Shown here piece after piece: positions 52,732 through 64,000 of a stretch of DNA of 64,000 bases. How positions within the stretch are numbered: position 1 is the stretch's first letter; each line of letters opens with the position of its first letter. This DNA is from Eledone cirrhosa. Its lineage: Eukaryota. The position numbers and the translations under genes were made by a program. The notes under the pieces were generated by a model. The model was not told the origin of the DNA. It saw only the letters and a program-made list of their open reading frames with translations, and made no database searches. Location of the stretch: the NCBI GenBank assembly GCA_964016885.1, contig OZ024741.1:165788001-165852000 (forward strand). Reading direction: 5' to 3'.

Positions 52732-53470
52732 TCTATATATATATAAAACTTAGGATGTCTGTCTGTGTGTGTGTGTTAAGTCAGTGTTTGGAGCATAACT
52801 TAGAAAAGGTTCTTATGTAAAATTATGATGGAAGTTTTTAGATAAAAATAAATACTTAAAATAAACAGTTTTGTATTACAGAACTAGGGTTGTTTTAGGC
52901 AGTGTGGTATCAAAAGGGTTAATTTGAATCCCTAAAACTCGAGAACCACCCAACCGAATGTTTTCAAACTTTACCAATGTAATACTTATGTTTCATGGAG
53001 TGTTCTGAGCAAAAAGAATTTCAAATTTTCAATGCCCTAGGAACCGCATTAGGCGATTTAGCGATCTCTCTCTATAATTTTTAGTCTTTCTCTTTTTAGA
53101 TAGATACATACATATAACGTCGCACCCTTATAATATCTGTCTGTATGTCTGGCTGTCTGCATTACGTCACTTCCCACAATTCCCTCTGCGTCCAGAACAC
53201 GCCCTTATAATATCTGTCTGTATGTCTGGCTGTCTGCTGCCTCCGGTTATTCTGCCACCCTTGCTCAAGACAAATCTCACACTCATTCCCCAAACAGTTG
53301 GTAAGTGCACACAACTTCTTCCTCACGTTTTAAGCCACAGTGTTGCTTACTTACATACCACCAGATCCTTACTTCTTTGCCAGCCGTGGTTGTGGCAATA
53401 CTAAGCTTGGCTAAGGTGGTTATATATTTCACAATACCTTATCCCGTGCAACGCCGGGTACCACTGCTAG
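52732..53470 (+). mobile_element. Non-autonomous Helitron with a captured 146-bp local sequence
   Basis: A|TCTATATATATATAAAACT start, CCCGTGCAACGCCGGG plus CTAG|T end. Confidence 0.82.
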
Positions 53471-53773
53471 TATTTAATAGATTTTATGTATTCTCAAGTA
53501 TGAAACAAGTTAAGAAATATATTGGAATCATTTGACAATTTTCCAAAGAAAATATTACAAACATGGCATCATCATCATCATCATTTTCGTGTCAATTTTT
53601 CTATGCTGGCATGGGTTGGACGAGATTATTTCCAGCAGAATTATATGCTTGGACACTCTTCCTGCTGGAGCATAAACAAATATTACCCCCTGCTCTCAGA
53701 ATAGAACAAAGAGAAATGAAACATACACACGGAAATACAGGTACACACACACACACATAAATATATATATATG

Positions 53774-53824
<51 letters not shown>

Positions 53825-54254
53825 ATATTCATATATTGTAAAGTGGTTGGTATTAGGAAGGGAAGTTGGCTGTGGAGACTATGCCAAACCTGAAGTCTAC
53901 ATAAGCAAGATGTACCCCACCCCCCACCCCATCTTGGAGAAATGTAGCTCTGATTAAGAAAACAGAAAAGGAAAAATTAAGAAAATGTGAACAAAAAAGA
54001 GTGTTAAGAAAACTATAAAACAGAAATAAATTAGAAACAGTATGAGACTGAAAAGAAAAAACAGGAAAGTGGTGAGAAAATAGAAAAGAAAACAGCTATG
54101 AAGAAAACAGAAAAGAAGACAGTGAAACAGGAAGGAAGGATAAGAAAACAGAAAATAAAACATTGGCATACATAAATGTAAACACTTCAACTCCTTTGTT
54201 ACTACATTTCTAGTGAAATACACTACCTGTGTGTTTTAATTTATTTTGAAAATA

Positions 54255-54475
54255 AGGATTTCTACTTTAGGCACAAGGCCAGCAATTTTGGGGGGGATTG
54301 ATAAAGTCAATTAAATCAACACCAGTGCATTACTGGTGTTTTATTTTATCCACCCCGTAAGGATGAAATGCAAAGTTAACCTCGGTGGGATTTGATCTCA
54401 GAACGTAAAGGGCCATAACTCTGTGCCACTAAGCATGTTGTCCGGCGCTCTACCGATTCGGCCAATTAATCATCC
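54255..54475 (-). mobile_element. SINE family A
   Basis: Reverse-complement copy. Confidence 0.78.
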
Positions 54476-55194
54476 ACCTTTGAAAATAATAATAATAAAT
54501 TGGAAAAATTTAACAAAATAAACAACTAATAAGCTTATATTAATAACATCACTAGAAATTTCTGAAATAAAATTACAACGAAAGGTTTTAATATTAAGTA
54601 TAAACAGTTTTGTATCGAAAAGTTAGGGCAGTTAAAACAGTTTTGTATTGGAGAACCAGGGGCAGTTCCAAGTAGTTAATAGTCAATCTTGTATTACAGT
54701 AATTTACAATAAGCTAACAACATACTTTCAAAATATAGAAAACTGTTGTAACAGATGTGTAGTAATTAATAGCTAGGTTAACTTATGTACTGAAGGCCAC
54801 AGACACCCTCAATGGATGGATGACTGGAAGTTGTAGATTAGTTCTGCTAGCTAAATGATATATAATTAATGCTGCAGGTGAACTTAAGAGAAGTAGGGTA
54901 GCTTTTTGGGTATGAAGGATGTGGAAGAATTTTAGAGATTTCTTTTTTTTTTTTTTTCCTTAAGTAGGTAACAAAGTGTTTCCACATACACAAAGGAAAA
55001 ATATCTGAAGTGTGTAAAAGTTGTGTTGTTTTATGGAAGTGAATGGAGAGAATGTAGAGTGTATTGAGTACTCTCTGCTGGATATCAAATAGTAAGTTAT
55101 GAGAAAAAAGTGGGCTTAAGTGAGATAGCTTAGGACAATGTTTCTCATAGAAGGAAGGCTGTGGGGATTGAAACTGCCATGTTTAATAAAATCC

Positions 55195-56095
55195 ATTATA
55201 ATAATAATAATGAAATTATTGTGTAAAATGCTCAGGTGCACTACAACTCGTCAAAGGTGCATATATAGTACATAGAATAATACACAAATGTCAGGGAAGT
55301 GAATAGTGTATGAGTCATGATATACATGTGTGTATGTGTATGGAGGGGGAACATAAAGGTGTAGTGTTGGCGAATCTCGGGAAGCATGGAGGCCTTAAAG
55401 GATGCAGTGTCTCGACAGCTAACAACTGATGCAGGTAGTTTGTTCCATGCTTCAGCAACTCGGAGCGTGAAAAAATGTTTCCGAAAGTCATGGGAACTGT
55501 GCTGTTTTCTGACTTTGTGGGCATGCCCACGTGTGTTAGACACATGGAAATCAAAAAGGTACTCAGGGGTGTTGTTGGCAAGATGGTTAACAATTTTGTG
55601 GGTGTTTACCAAGTCAGTTGCCAGGCATCGGAGCTTCAATGTATCCATGCCCAGGGAAGCAAGGCGCTCAGAGTATGGTAGATGCCTGATCGAGGGTATT
55701 CGCTTGGTTGCACGTCTCTGAACAGTTTCCAGGCGGTCAATCTTCTGAGCAAGATAGGGGTTCCAGACTGGTGATGCAAATTCTAAGTGTGGCCTCACTA
55801 TAGCCATGTACAGCCTTAAATAGATAGCTGGAGAGCGGCTGACAAAGGTCTAGCTGAGTGATGCTAAGACACCCCGGCCCTCTTGACAATTTTAGAGACG
55901 TGCTTCGTCCAACGCAAATCGCTGCTGACCGCAATGCCCAGGTCACGCTCACAAGAAGACTTCTTGATATTAGTGCTGTGGAGGGAGTATGTGGACGCTG
56001 GGTTTTTACTCCCAAAATGCATGGTGGTGCACTTGTCCACAGCTAGCTTGAGTTGCCAGTCCATTGTTACATTGTGTCCAGGTCAGACTGCAAGC
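55195..56095 (-). mobile_element. CR1-clade LINE 3' fragment (RT C-terminus, frameshifted) with (TTA)n tail
   Basis: WQLKL..DKC..MHFG..ERDLG; VRPHLEFASPVWNPY..LETVQRRATK..YSERL..TRGH..FF..RV..WNKLP. Confidence 0.92.
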
Positions 56096-56113
56096 AAGAT
56101 CTATAGTGTTCAG

Positions 56114-56180
56114 GATCTGTCCTTTTTATCTCAAGATCTGTCCTTTTTATCTCAAGATCTGTCCTTTATATTAAAGATCT
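56114..56180. repeat. Three 21-bp tandem units GATCTGTCCTTTTTATCTCAA
   Basis: Direct observation at the LINE 5' junction. Confidence 0.8.
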
Positions 56181-56230
56181 GGTGTCTGTGTGTGGTGTAA
56201 GAAGTCTGTCATGCTGTAGAAGGGGAGAAG

Positions 56231-59200
56231 GAGAGAGAGAGAGAGTGTGTGTGGGTGAGAGAGAGAGTGTGTGTGTGTCTATGTGACAGAGAGAGTGTGT
56301 GTGTGTGTGAGAGAGAGAGAGGGTGTGTGTGTCTATGTGACAGAGAGAGAGTATGTGTGTGTGTCTATGTGAGAGAGAGAGTGTGTGTGTGTATATGTGA
56401 GAGCGAGTGTGTGTGCCTATGTGAGAGAGAGAGACAGAGAGTGTGTCTATGTGAGAGAGAGAGTGTGTGTGTGTGTATATGTGAGAACGAGTGTGTGTGT
56501 GTGTGTGTATATGTGAGAGTGAGTGTGTGTGCCTATGTGAGAGAGACAGAGAGTGTGTCTATGTGAGAGAGACAGAGAGTGTGTCTATGTGAGAGAGAGT
56601 GTGTGTGTGTCTATGTGAGAGAGAGAGTGTGTGTGTGTCTATGTGAGAGAGAGAGTGTGTGTGTCTATGTGAGAGAGAGAGTGTGTCTATGTGTGAGAGA
56701 GAGAGTGTGTCTATGTGAGAGAGAGAGTGTGTGTGTCTATGTGAGAGAGAGAGAGTGTGTGTGTCTATGTGAGAGAGAGAGTGTGTGTGTCTATGTGAGA
56801 GAGAGAGAGTGTGTGTGTCTATGTGAGAGAGAGAGAGTGTGTGAGTCTATGTGAGAGAGAGAGAGAGTGTGTCTATGTGAGAGAGAGAGAGTGTGTGTCT
56901 ATGTGAGAGAGAGTGTGTGTATCTATGTGAGAGAGAGTGTGTCTATGTGAGAGAGAGTGTGTGTGTCTATGTGAGAGAGAGAGAGTGTGTGTGTCTATGT
57001 GAGAGAGAGAGAGTGTGTGTCTATGTGAGAGAGAGTGTGTGTATCTATGTGAGAGAGAGAGTGTGTGTCTATGTGAGAGAGAGAGTGTGTGTCTATGTGA
57101 GAGAGAGAGAGAGTGTGTGTCTATGTGAGAGAGAGAGAGTGTGTCTATGTGAGAGAGAGAGAGTGTGTCTATGTGAGAGAGAGAGAGTGTGTCTATGTGA
57201 GAGAGAGAGAGTGTGTCTATGTGAGAGAGAGAGAGCGTGTGTGTCTATGTGAGAGAGAGAGTGTGTGTGTCTGTGAGAGAGAGAGTGTGTGTCTATGTGA
57301 GAGAGAGAGTGTGTGTGTCTGTGAGAGAGAGAGTGTGTGTCTATGTGAGAGAGAGAGAGTGTGTCTATGTGAGAGAGAGAGAGAGTGTGTGTCTACGTGA
57401 GAGAGAGAGAGTGTGTCTATGTGAGAGAGAGAGAGTGTGTCTATGTGAGAGAGAGAGAGTGTGTCTATGTGAGAGAGAGAGAGTGTGTCTATGTGAGAGA
57501 GAGAGAGTGTGTCTATGTGTGAGAGAGAGAGAGTGTGTGTCTATGTGAGAGAGAGAGAGTGTGTCTATGTGAGAGAGAGAGTGTGTGTCTATGTGAGAGA
57601 GAGTGTGTCTATGTGAGAGAGAGAGTGTGTCTATGTGAGAGAGAGATAGTGTGTGTCTATGTGAGAGAGAGAGAGAGTGTGTGTCTATGAGAGAGAGAGA
57701 GAGTGTGTGTCTATGTGAGAGAGAGATAGTGTGTGTCTATGTGAGAGATAGTGTGTGTCTATGTGAGAGAGAGTGTGTGTATCTATGTGAGAGAGAGAGT
57801 GTGTGTCTATGTGAGAGAGAGAGTGTGTGTCTATGTGAGAGAGAGAGTGTGTGTCTATGTGAGAGAGAGTGTGTCTATGTGAGAGAGAGAGTGTGTGTCT
57901 ATGTGAGAGAGAGTGTGTGTGTCTATGTGAGAGAGAGAGTGTGTGTCTATGTGAGAGAGAGTGTGTCTATGTGAGAGAGAGAGTGTGTGTCTATGTGAGA
58001 GAGAGAGTGTGTGTCTATGTGAGAGAGAGAGTGTGTGTCTATGTGAGAGAGAGAGAGTGTGTCTATGTGAGAGAGAGAGTGTGTGTCTATGTGAGAGAGA
58101 GAGTGTGTCTATGTGAGAGAGAGAGAGAGTGTGTGTCTATGTGAGAGAGAGAGAGTGTGTCTATGTGAGTGAGAGAGAGAGTGTGTGTCTATGTGAGAGA
58201 GAGAGAGAGTGTGTCTATGTGAGAGAGAGAGAGTGTGTCTATGTGAGAGAGAGAGAGTGTGTCTATGTGAGAGAGAGAGTGTGTGTGTCTGTGAGAGAGA
58301 GAGAGTGTGTGTGTCTGTGAGAGAGAGAGAGTGTGTCTATGTGAGAGAGAGAGAGTGTGTCTATGTGAGAGAGAGAGAGAGTGTGTGTCTATGTGAGAGA
58401 GAGAGTGTGTGTCTATGTGAGAGAGAGCGTGTGTGTCTATGTGAGAGAGAGAGAGAGAGTGTCTATGTGAGAGAGAGAGAGAGTGTCTATGTGAGAGAGA
58501 GAGTGTGTGTCTATGTGAGAGAGAGAGTGTGTGTGTCTGTGAGAGAGAGAGAGTGTGTCTATGTGAGAGAGAGAGAGTGTGTCTATGTGAGAGAGAGAGA
58601 GTGTGTCTATGTGTGAGAGAGAGAGAGTGTGTGTCTATGTGAGAGAGAGTGTGTCTATGTGAGAGAGAGAGAGTGTGTGTGTCTATGTGAGAGAGAGAGA
58701 GAGTGTGTCTATGTGAGAGAGAGAGAGTGTCTATGTGAGAGAGAGAGTGTGTGTATGTGAGAGAGAGATAGTGTGTGTCTATGTGAGAGAGAGAGAGTGT
58801 GTGTGTCTATGTGAGAGAGAGAGAGAGTGTGTGTCTATGTGAGAGAGAGTGTGTCTATGTGAGAGAGAGAGAGTGTGTCTATGTGAGAGAGAGAGAGTGT
58901 GTGTCTATGTGAGAGAGAGTGTGTCTATGTGAGAGAGAGAGAGTGTGTCTATGTGAGAGAGAGAGAGAGTGTGTGTCTATGTGAGAGAGAGTGTGTCTAT
59001 GTGAGAGAGAGAGAGTGTGTCTATGTGAGAGAGAGAGAGTGTGTGTCTATGTGAGAGAGAGAGAGTATGTGAGAGAGAGAGAGTGTGTGTCTATGTGAGA
59101 GAGAGAGAGTATGTGTCTATGTGAGAGAGAGAGAGTGTGTCTATGTGAGAGAGAGAGAGTGTGTGTCTATGTGAGAGAGAGAGTGTATGTGAGAGAGAGA

Positions 59201-62200
59201 GAGTTTGTCTATGTGAGAGAGAGTGTGTGTGTCTATGTGAGAGAGAGAGTGTGTCTATGTGTGAGAGAGAGAGAGTGTGTGTCTATGTGAGAGAGAGTGT
59301 GTCTATGTGAGAGAGAGAGAGTGTGTCTATGTGAGAGAGAGAGAGTGTGTGTCTATGTGAGAGAGAGTGTGTCTATGTGAGAGAGAGAGTGTGTGTCTGT
59401 GTGAGAGAGAGTGTGTCTATGTGAGAGAGAGAGAGTGTGTGTCTATGTGAGAGAGAGAGTGTGTCTATGTGAGAGAGAGAGTGTGTCTATGTGAGAGAGA
59501 GAGTGTGTCTATGTGAGAGAGAGAGAGTGTGTCTATGTGAGAGAGAGAGAGAGTGTGTGTCTATGTGAGAGAGAGAGAGTGTGTCTATGTGAGAGAGAGA
59601 GTGTGTGTCTGTGTGAGAGAGAGTGTGTCTATGTGAGAGAGAGAGAGTGTGTGTCTATGTGAGAGAGAGAGTGTGTCTATGTGAGAGAGAGAGTGTGTCT
59701 ATGTGAGAGAGAGAGTGTGTCTATGTGAGAGAGAGAGAGTGTGTCTATGTGAGAGAGAGAGAGAGTGTGTGTCTATGTGAGAGAGAGAGAGTGTGTCTAT
59801 GTGAGAGAGAGAGAGTGTGAGTCTGTGTGAGAGAGAGCGTGTGTGTCTATGTGAGAGAGAGAGAGAGTGTGTGTGTCTATGTGAGAGAAAGAGAGAGTGT
59901 GTGTCTATGTGAGAGAAAGAGAGAGTGTGAGTCTATGTGAGAGAGAGAGTGTGTCTATGTGAGAGAGAGCGTGTGTGTCTATGTGAGAGAGAGCGTGTGT
60001 GTCTATGTGAGAGAGAGAGAGTGTGTCACTATGTGAGAGAGAGCGTGTGTATCTATGTGTGAGAGAGAGTGTGTGTCTATGTGAGAGAGAGTGTGTCTAT
60101 GTGAGAGAGAGAGAGTATGTGTCTGTGAGAGAGAGAGAGAGTGTGTGTCTATGTGAGAGAGAGAGTGTGTGTCTATGTGAGAGAGAGTGTGTCTATGTGA
60201 GAGAGAGAGTGTGTGTCTATGTGAGAGAGAGAGTGTGTGTCTATGTGAGAGAGAGAGTGTGTGTCTATATGAGAGAGAGAGAGTGTGTCTATGTGAGAGA
60301 GAGAGAGAGAGTGCCTATGTGTGAGAGAGAGTGTGCCTATATGTGAGAGAGAGAGTGTGTGTCTATTTGAGAGAGAGAGTGTGTGTCTATGTGAGAGAGA
60401 GAGAGTATGTGAGAGAGAGAGTGTGTGTCTATGTGAGAGTGAGAGAGTATGTGAGAGAGAGAGAGAGTGTGTATCTATTTGAGAGAGAGAGAGTGTGTGT
60501 CTATGTGAGAGAGAGTGTCTATGTGTGAGAGAGAGAGAGTGTGTGTCTATGTGAGAGAGAGAGTGTGTGTCTATATGAGAGAGAGAGAGTGTGTCTATGT
60601 GAGAGAGAGAGAGAGAGTGCCTATGTGTGAGAGAGAGTGTGCCTATATGTGAGAGAGAGAGTGTGTGTCTATTTGAGAGAGAGAGTGTGTGTCTATGTGA
60701 GAGAGAGAGAGTATGTGAGAGAGAGAGTGTGTGTCTATGTGAGAGTGAGAGAGTATGTGAGAGAGAGAGAGAGTGTGTATCTATTTGAGAGAGAGAGAGT
60801 GTGTGTCTATGTGAGAGAGAGTGTCTATGTGTGAGAGAGAGAGAGTGTGTGTCTATGTGAGAGAGAGAGTGTGTGTCTATGTGAGAGAGAGAGTGTGTCT
60901 GTGAGAGAGAGATAGTGTGTGTCTATGTGAGAGAGAGAGACTGTGCGTCTATGTGAGGGAGAGAGAGTGTGTCTATGTGAGAGAGAGAGAGTGTGAGTCT
61001 GTGTGAGAGAGAGAGAGTGTGAGTCTGTGTGAGAGAGAGAGAGTGTGTGTGTGTGTCTATGTGAGAGAGAGAGGGAGAGTGTGTCACTATGTGAGAGAGA
61101 GCGTGTGTGTCTATGTGAGAGAGAGAGGGAGAGTGTGTCACTATGTGTGAGAGAGAGTGTGTCTATATGTGAGAGAGAGAGTGTGTCTATGTGAGAGAGT
61201 GTGTGTCTATGTAAGAGAGAGTGTGTATGTCTATGTGTGAGAGAGAGTGTGTGTCTATGTGAGAGAGAGAGTGTGTGTCTATGTGAGAGAGAGAGAGAGA
61301 GTGTGTGTCTATGTGAGAGAGAGAGAGTGTGTGTCTATGTGTGAGAGAGAGTGTGTCTATGTGAGAGAGAGAGAGAGAGAGTATGTGTCTGTGAGAGAGA
61401 GAGTATGTGTCTGTGAGAGAGAGAGAGAGTGTGTGTCTATGTGAGAGAGAGAGTGTGTGTCTATGTGAGAGAGAGAGTGTGTGTCTATGTGAGAGAGAGA
61501 GTGTGTGTCTATGTGAGAGAGAGAGTGTGTGTCTATGTGAGAGAGAGAGAGAGTGTGTCTATGTGAGAGAGACTGTGTGTGTCTATGTGAAAGAGAGAGA
61601 GAGTGTGTCTATGTGTGAGAGAGAGAGAGTGTATGTGAGAGAGAGTGTGTGTCTATGTGTGAGAGAGAAAGAGAGTGTCTATGTGAGAGAGAGAGAGTGT
61701 GTCTATGTGAGAGAGAGAGAGTGTGTGTGTCTATGTGAGAGAGAGTGTGTGTGTCTATGTGAGAGAGAGAGTATGTGAGAGAGAGAGAGTGTGTCTATGT
61801 GAGAGAGAGTGTGTGTGTCTATGTGAGAGAGAGAGTGTGTCTATGTGAGAGAGAGAGAGAGTGTGTGTCTATGTGAGAGAGAGAGAGTGTGTGTCTATGT
61901 GAGAGAGAGTGTATGTGTCTATGTGAGAGAGAGTGTGTGTGTCTATGTGAGAGAGAGAGTGTGTGTGTGTGTCTATGTGAGAGAGAGAGAGTGAGCGTCT
62001 ATGTGAGAGTGTGTGTGTGTGTCTATGTGAGAGAGAGAGAGTGAGCGTCTATGTGAGAGTGTGTGTGTGTGTCTATGTGAGAGTGAGTGTGTCTATGTGA
62101 GAGAGAGTGTGTGTGTCTATGTGAGTGAGAGAGAGTGTGTGTCTATGTGAGAGAGAGAGTGTGTGTCTATGTGAGAGAGAGAGAAACTGTGTGTATATGA

Positions 62201-62240
62201 GAGAGAGAGAGAGTGTGTGTGTGTGTGTGTGTGTGTGAGG
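56231..62240. repeat. 6-kb compound satellite [CTATGT(GA)n(GT)m]
   Basis: Units of about 18-28 bp with variable dinucleotide counts. Confidence 0.97.
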
Positions 62241-62397
62241 GAGAGAGTGAGAAAGCGAGAGAGAAAGAGAAGAGAGCAGCAACAGTAGTAATGGTGGCCA
62301 AAGCAACACCAAATTTTTTATCTATATTATGAGAAGGGGGGGGGGTGAAAAGGAATTACTTGTTAAAACTTCTGTCATGCTGTGGAAAGCAGATGGT

Positions 62398-62442
<45 letters not shown>

Positions 62443-62595
62443 AGAGGGCAAAGGTGGAGGTAGTGCTGCCAAAATGTTATTTTTTTAAACCAATACTGTA
62501 CAAAAAAAAATGTTTATTCTCAAATCATGAGTAAAATATTCTATTTTGGTAGTTTCAGTCATTTGTTAAATTTATTCAATATAGTTTGTAGTGTT

Positions 62596-62997
62596 CATCA
62601 TCATCCTCATCACCGTTTAACGTCCATCTTCCACACTAGCATGGGTTTGGACGGGAATTGTCCCACTTGAGGCAAGATTGGTTGTCTTGCTCGTATGGGG
62701 CTGTGTCTGGCAGGTTTTCTATGGCTGGATGCCCTTCCTAACACCAACCACGTTTACAATATGGACTGGGAGGTTTTTACCGTGTTACCTACACGGCCAC
62801 ATTACAACGTGGACTGTCTGTTTTTTGTCGTGACACCTACACGACCTCATTTATTTAGGACTGGATGTTGTAGTACCAACATAACTTTACAGAGAAAGGG
62901 GTGGTGTAGATGGGGGTGGGGGTAGGGGTAGTGGGACGGGGTGTATTTTGGTTAAGAGGTGCCTACTGACTGTAGGTTTCGCTTTGTACTTAGGCAA
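62596..62997 (-). mobile_element. RTE LINE 3' UTR copy
   Basis: Reverse complement of about 12485-12882. Confidence 0.85.
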
Positions 62998-63042
62998 TGC
63001 GCCAAAGATCTCGTATATATTATTTGTGTGTATGTATATATA

Positions 63043-63270
63043 TTTATTTAATGGCTAAATGGTGAGCTTTGTTACTCTGGAGTTTCACCCGGACACTTCC
63101 AGGAATATTGGACAAGTCATCTCATGATCCAGCGAGTACACAGGTGAAACTCCAGAGTAACAAGGCTCACCACTTAGCCATTAAATAAATATATAAACTC
63201 TACTTCGGCATTGAGTACTTTTTCTCACGCCTGTCAAGAATATACACGGGCACGTTAAAATTTAATCATA
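63043..63270 (+). mobile_element. Fold-back mini PLE-like element (family 8) with the 3' half of a hammerhead
   Basis: Arms about 63036-63089 and 63143-63195; GAAA-CTCcaGAG-TA; ACTC..GAGTAC hairpin. Confidence 0.65.
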
Positions 63271-63439
63271 CACTCACACATCTCATGAACACACACACAA
63301 AATATACTTCAACAGACATACAGTACACACAATCAAAATTACATTCACTCACACTTGCATGCCCACTACCACATGGATATACCCATACACACACACTATC
63401 TTTGATACTTTACAAAATTCTCTACAATTTTCTTTATGG

Positions 63440-63765
63440 CCCCATTCCGTCACGAATGACCATGGTTTTGCACCTAGAAAGTTCCCCTCCGAGGCACAAG
63501 TCCAGGCAAGGTTGTTTGTGGGAGACCAGCAGTTACCGATGCATACCAGTCTCCCCTCTCCATGCCAACAATGTTGTCCAAGGGAAAGGCAATGACCGAT
63601 ACAGCTTGGCACCAGTGACGTCGCAACTCATTTCTACAGCTGAGTAAACTGGAGCAACGAAAAATAAAGTGTCTTGCTCAAGGACATAACGCATCACCTG
63701 GTCCGAGAATTGAACTCACAACCTCTCAATTGCAAGCCCAATGCTCTAACCATTAGACATGCGCA
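63440..63765 (-). mobile_element. SINE family B with a third tail type
   Basis: Same head and core, unrelated 3' half. Confidence 0.75.
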
Positions 63766-63801
63766 GGACTTTACAAAATATACCTTTAAAAATCACACGT
63801 A

Positions 63802-64000
63802 TAATCCTTTAATGTTCAAACCGGCCAAAACCAGCCAGAATTCTCTACCTCTTTCTGTTGAAACTGGCTGTAACTGGTCGCTCATACTGATGTTAAGGTA
63901 TTGTTCTCAAAATAAATATTTTCAAAATCTCATAGATTCGATATTATGTGAGATAATTATGTGAGGTAAAGCCTTTACCATGAAAATACGTTAGTATATA
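63802..64000. mobile_element. MITE family C, cut by the window edge
   Basis: Body match. Confidence 0.8.

Noticed and set aside
54910-55050. Old RTE fragment (WKNFRD..KGKI..YGSE)
   Set aside because: Too decayed to delimit or support firmly
56249-62312. Many CERE/VRER ORFs
   Set aside because: GA/GT satellite artefact

Overview
Very AT-rich, microsatellite-dense eukaryotic DNA. The repeat repertoire suggests a coleoid cephalopod, probably Octopus (inference, not verified). No intact host gene is recognisable; a few weak minus-strand exon candidates exist. Almost all supplied ORFs are microsatellite artefacts. The window holds large satellites (34-bp array at 1-2330, about 785 bp of pure (GT)n, a 6-kb GA/GT/CTAT array), a decayed RTE LINE with a PHD-like finger inside its RT, two CR1-type LINE 3' ends, tRNA-derived SINEs with swapped tails, TTAA/piggyBac-type MITEs and non-autonomous Helitrons. 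The main signal is a set of at least 8 sequence-unrelated Penelope-like element (PLE) families sitting mostly in (TA)n tracts. Most carry a type I hammerhead ribozyme, and two families show the compensatory U3-A8 core. Most are fold-back inverted repeats, and most share a downstream RCTC...GAGY(RC) hairpin; the inverted arm stops just before it. A second structural signal is an array of co-varying H-type pseudoknot modules in the RTE/SINE 3' tail. All structures were read by eye, and coordinates of decayed repeats are approximate.
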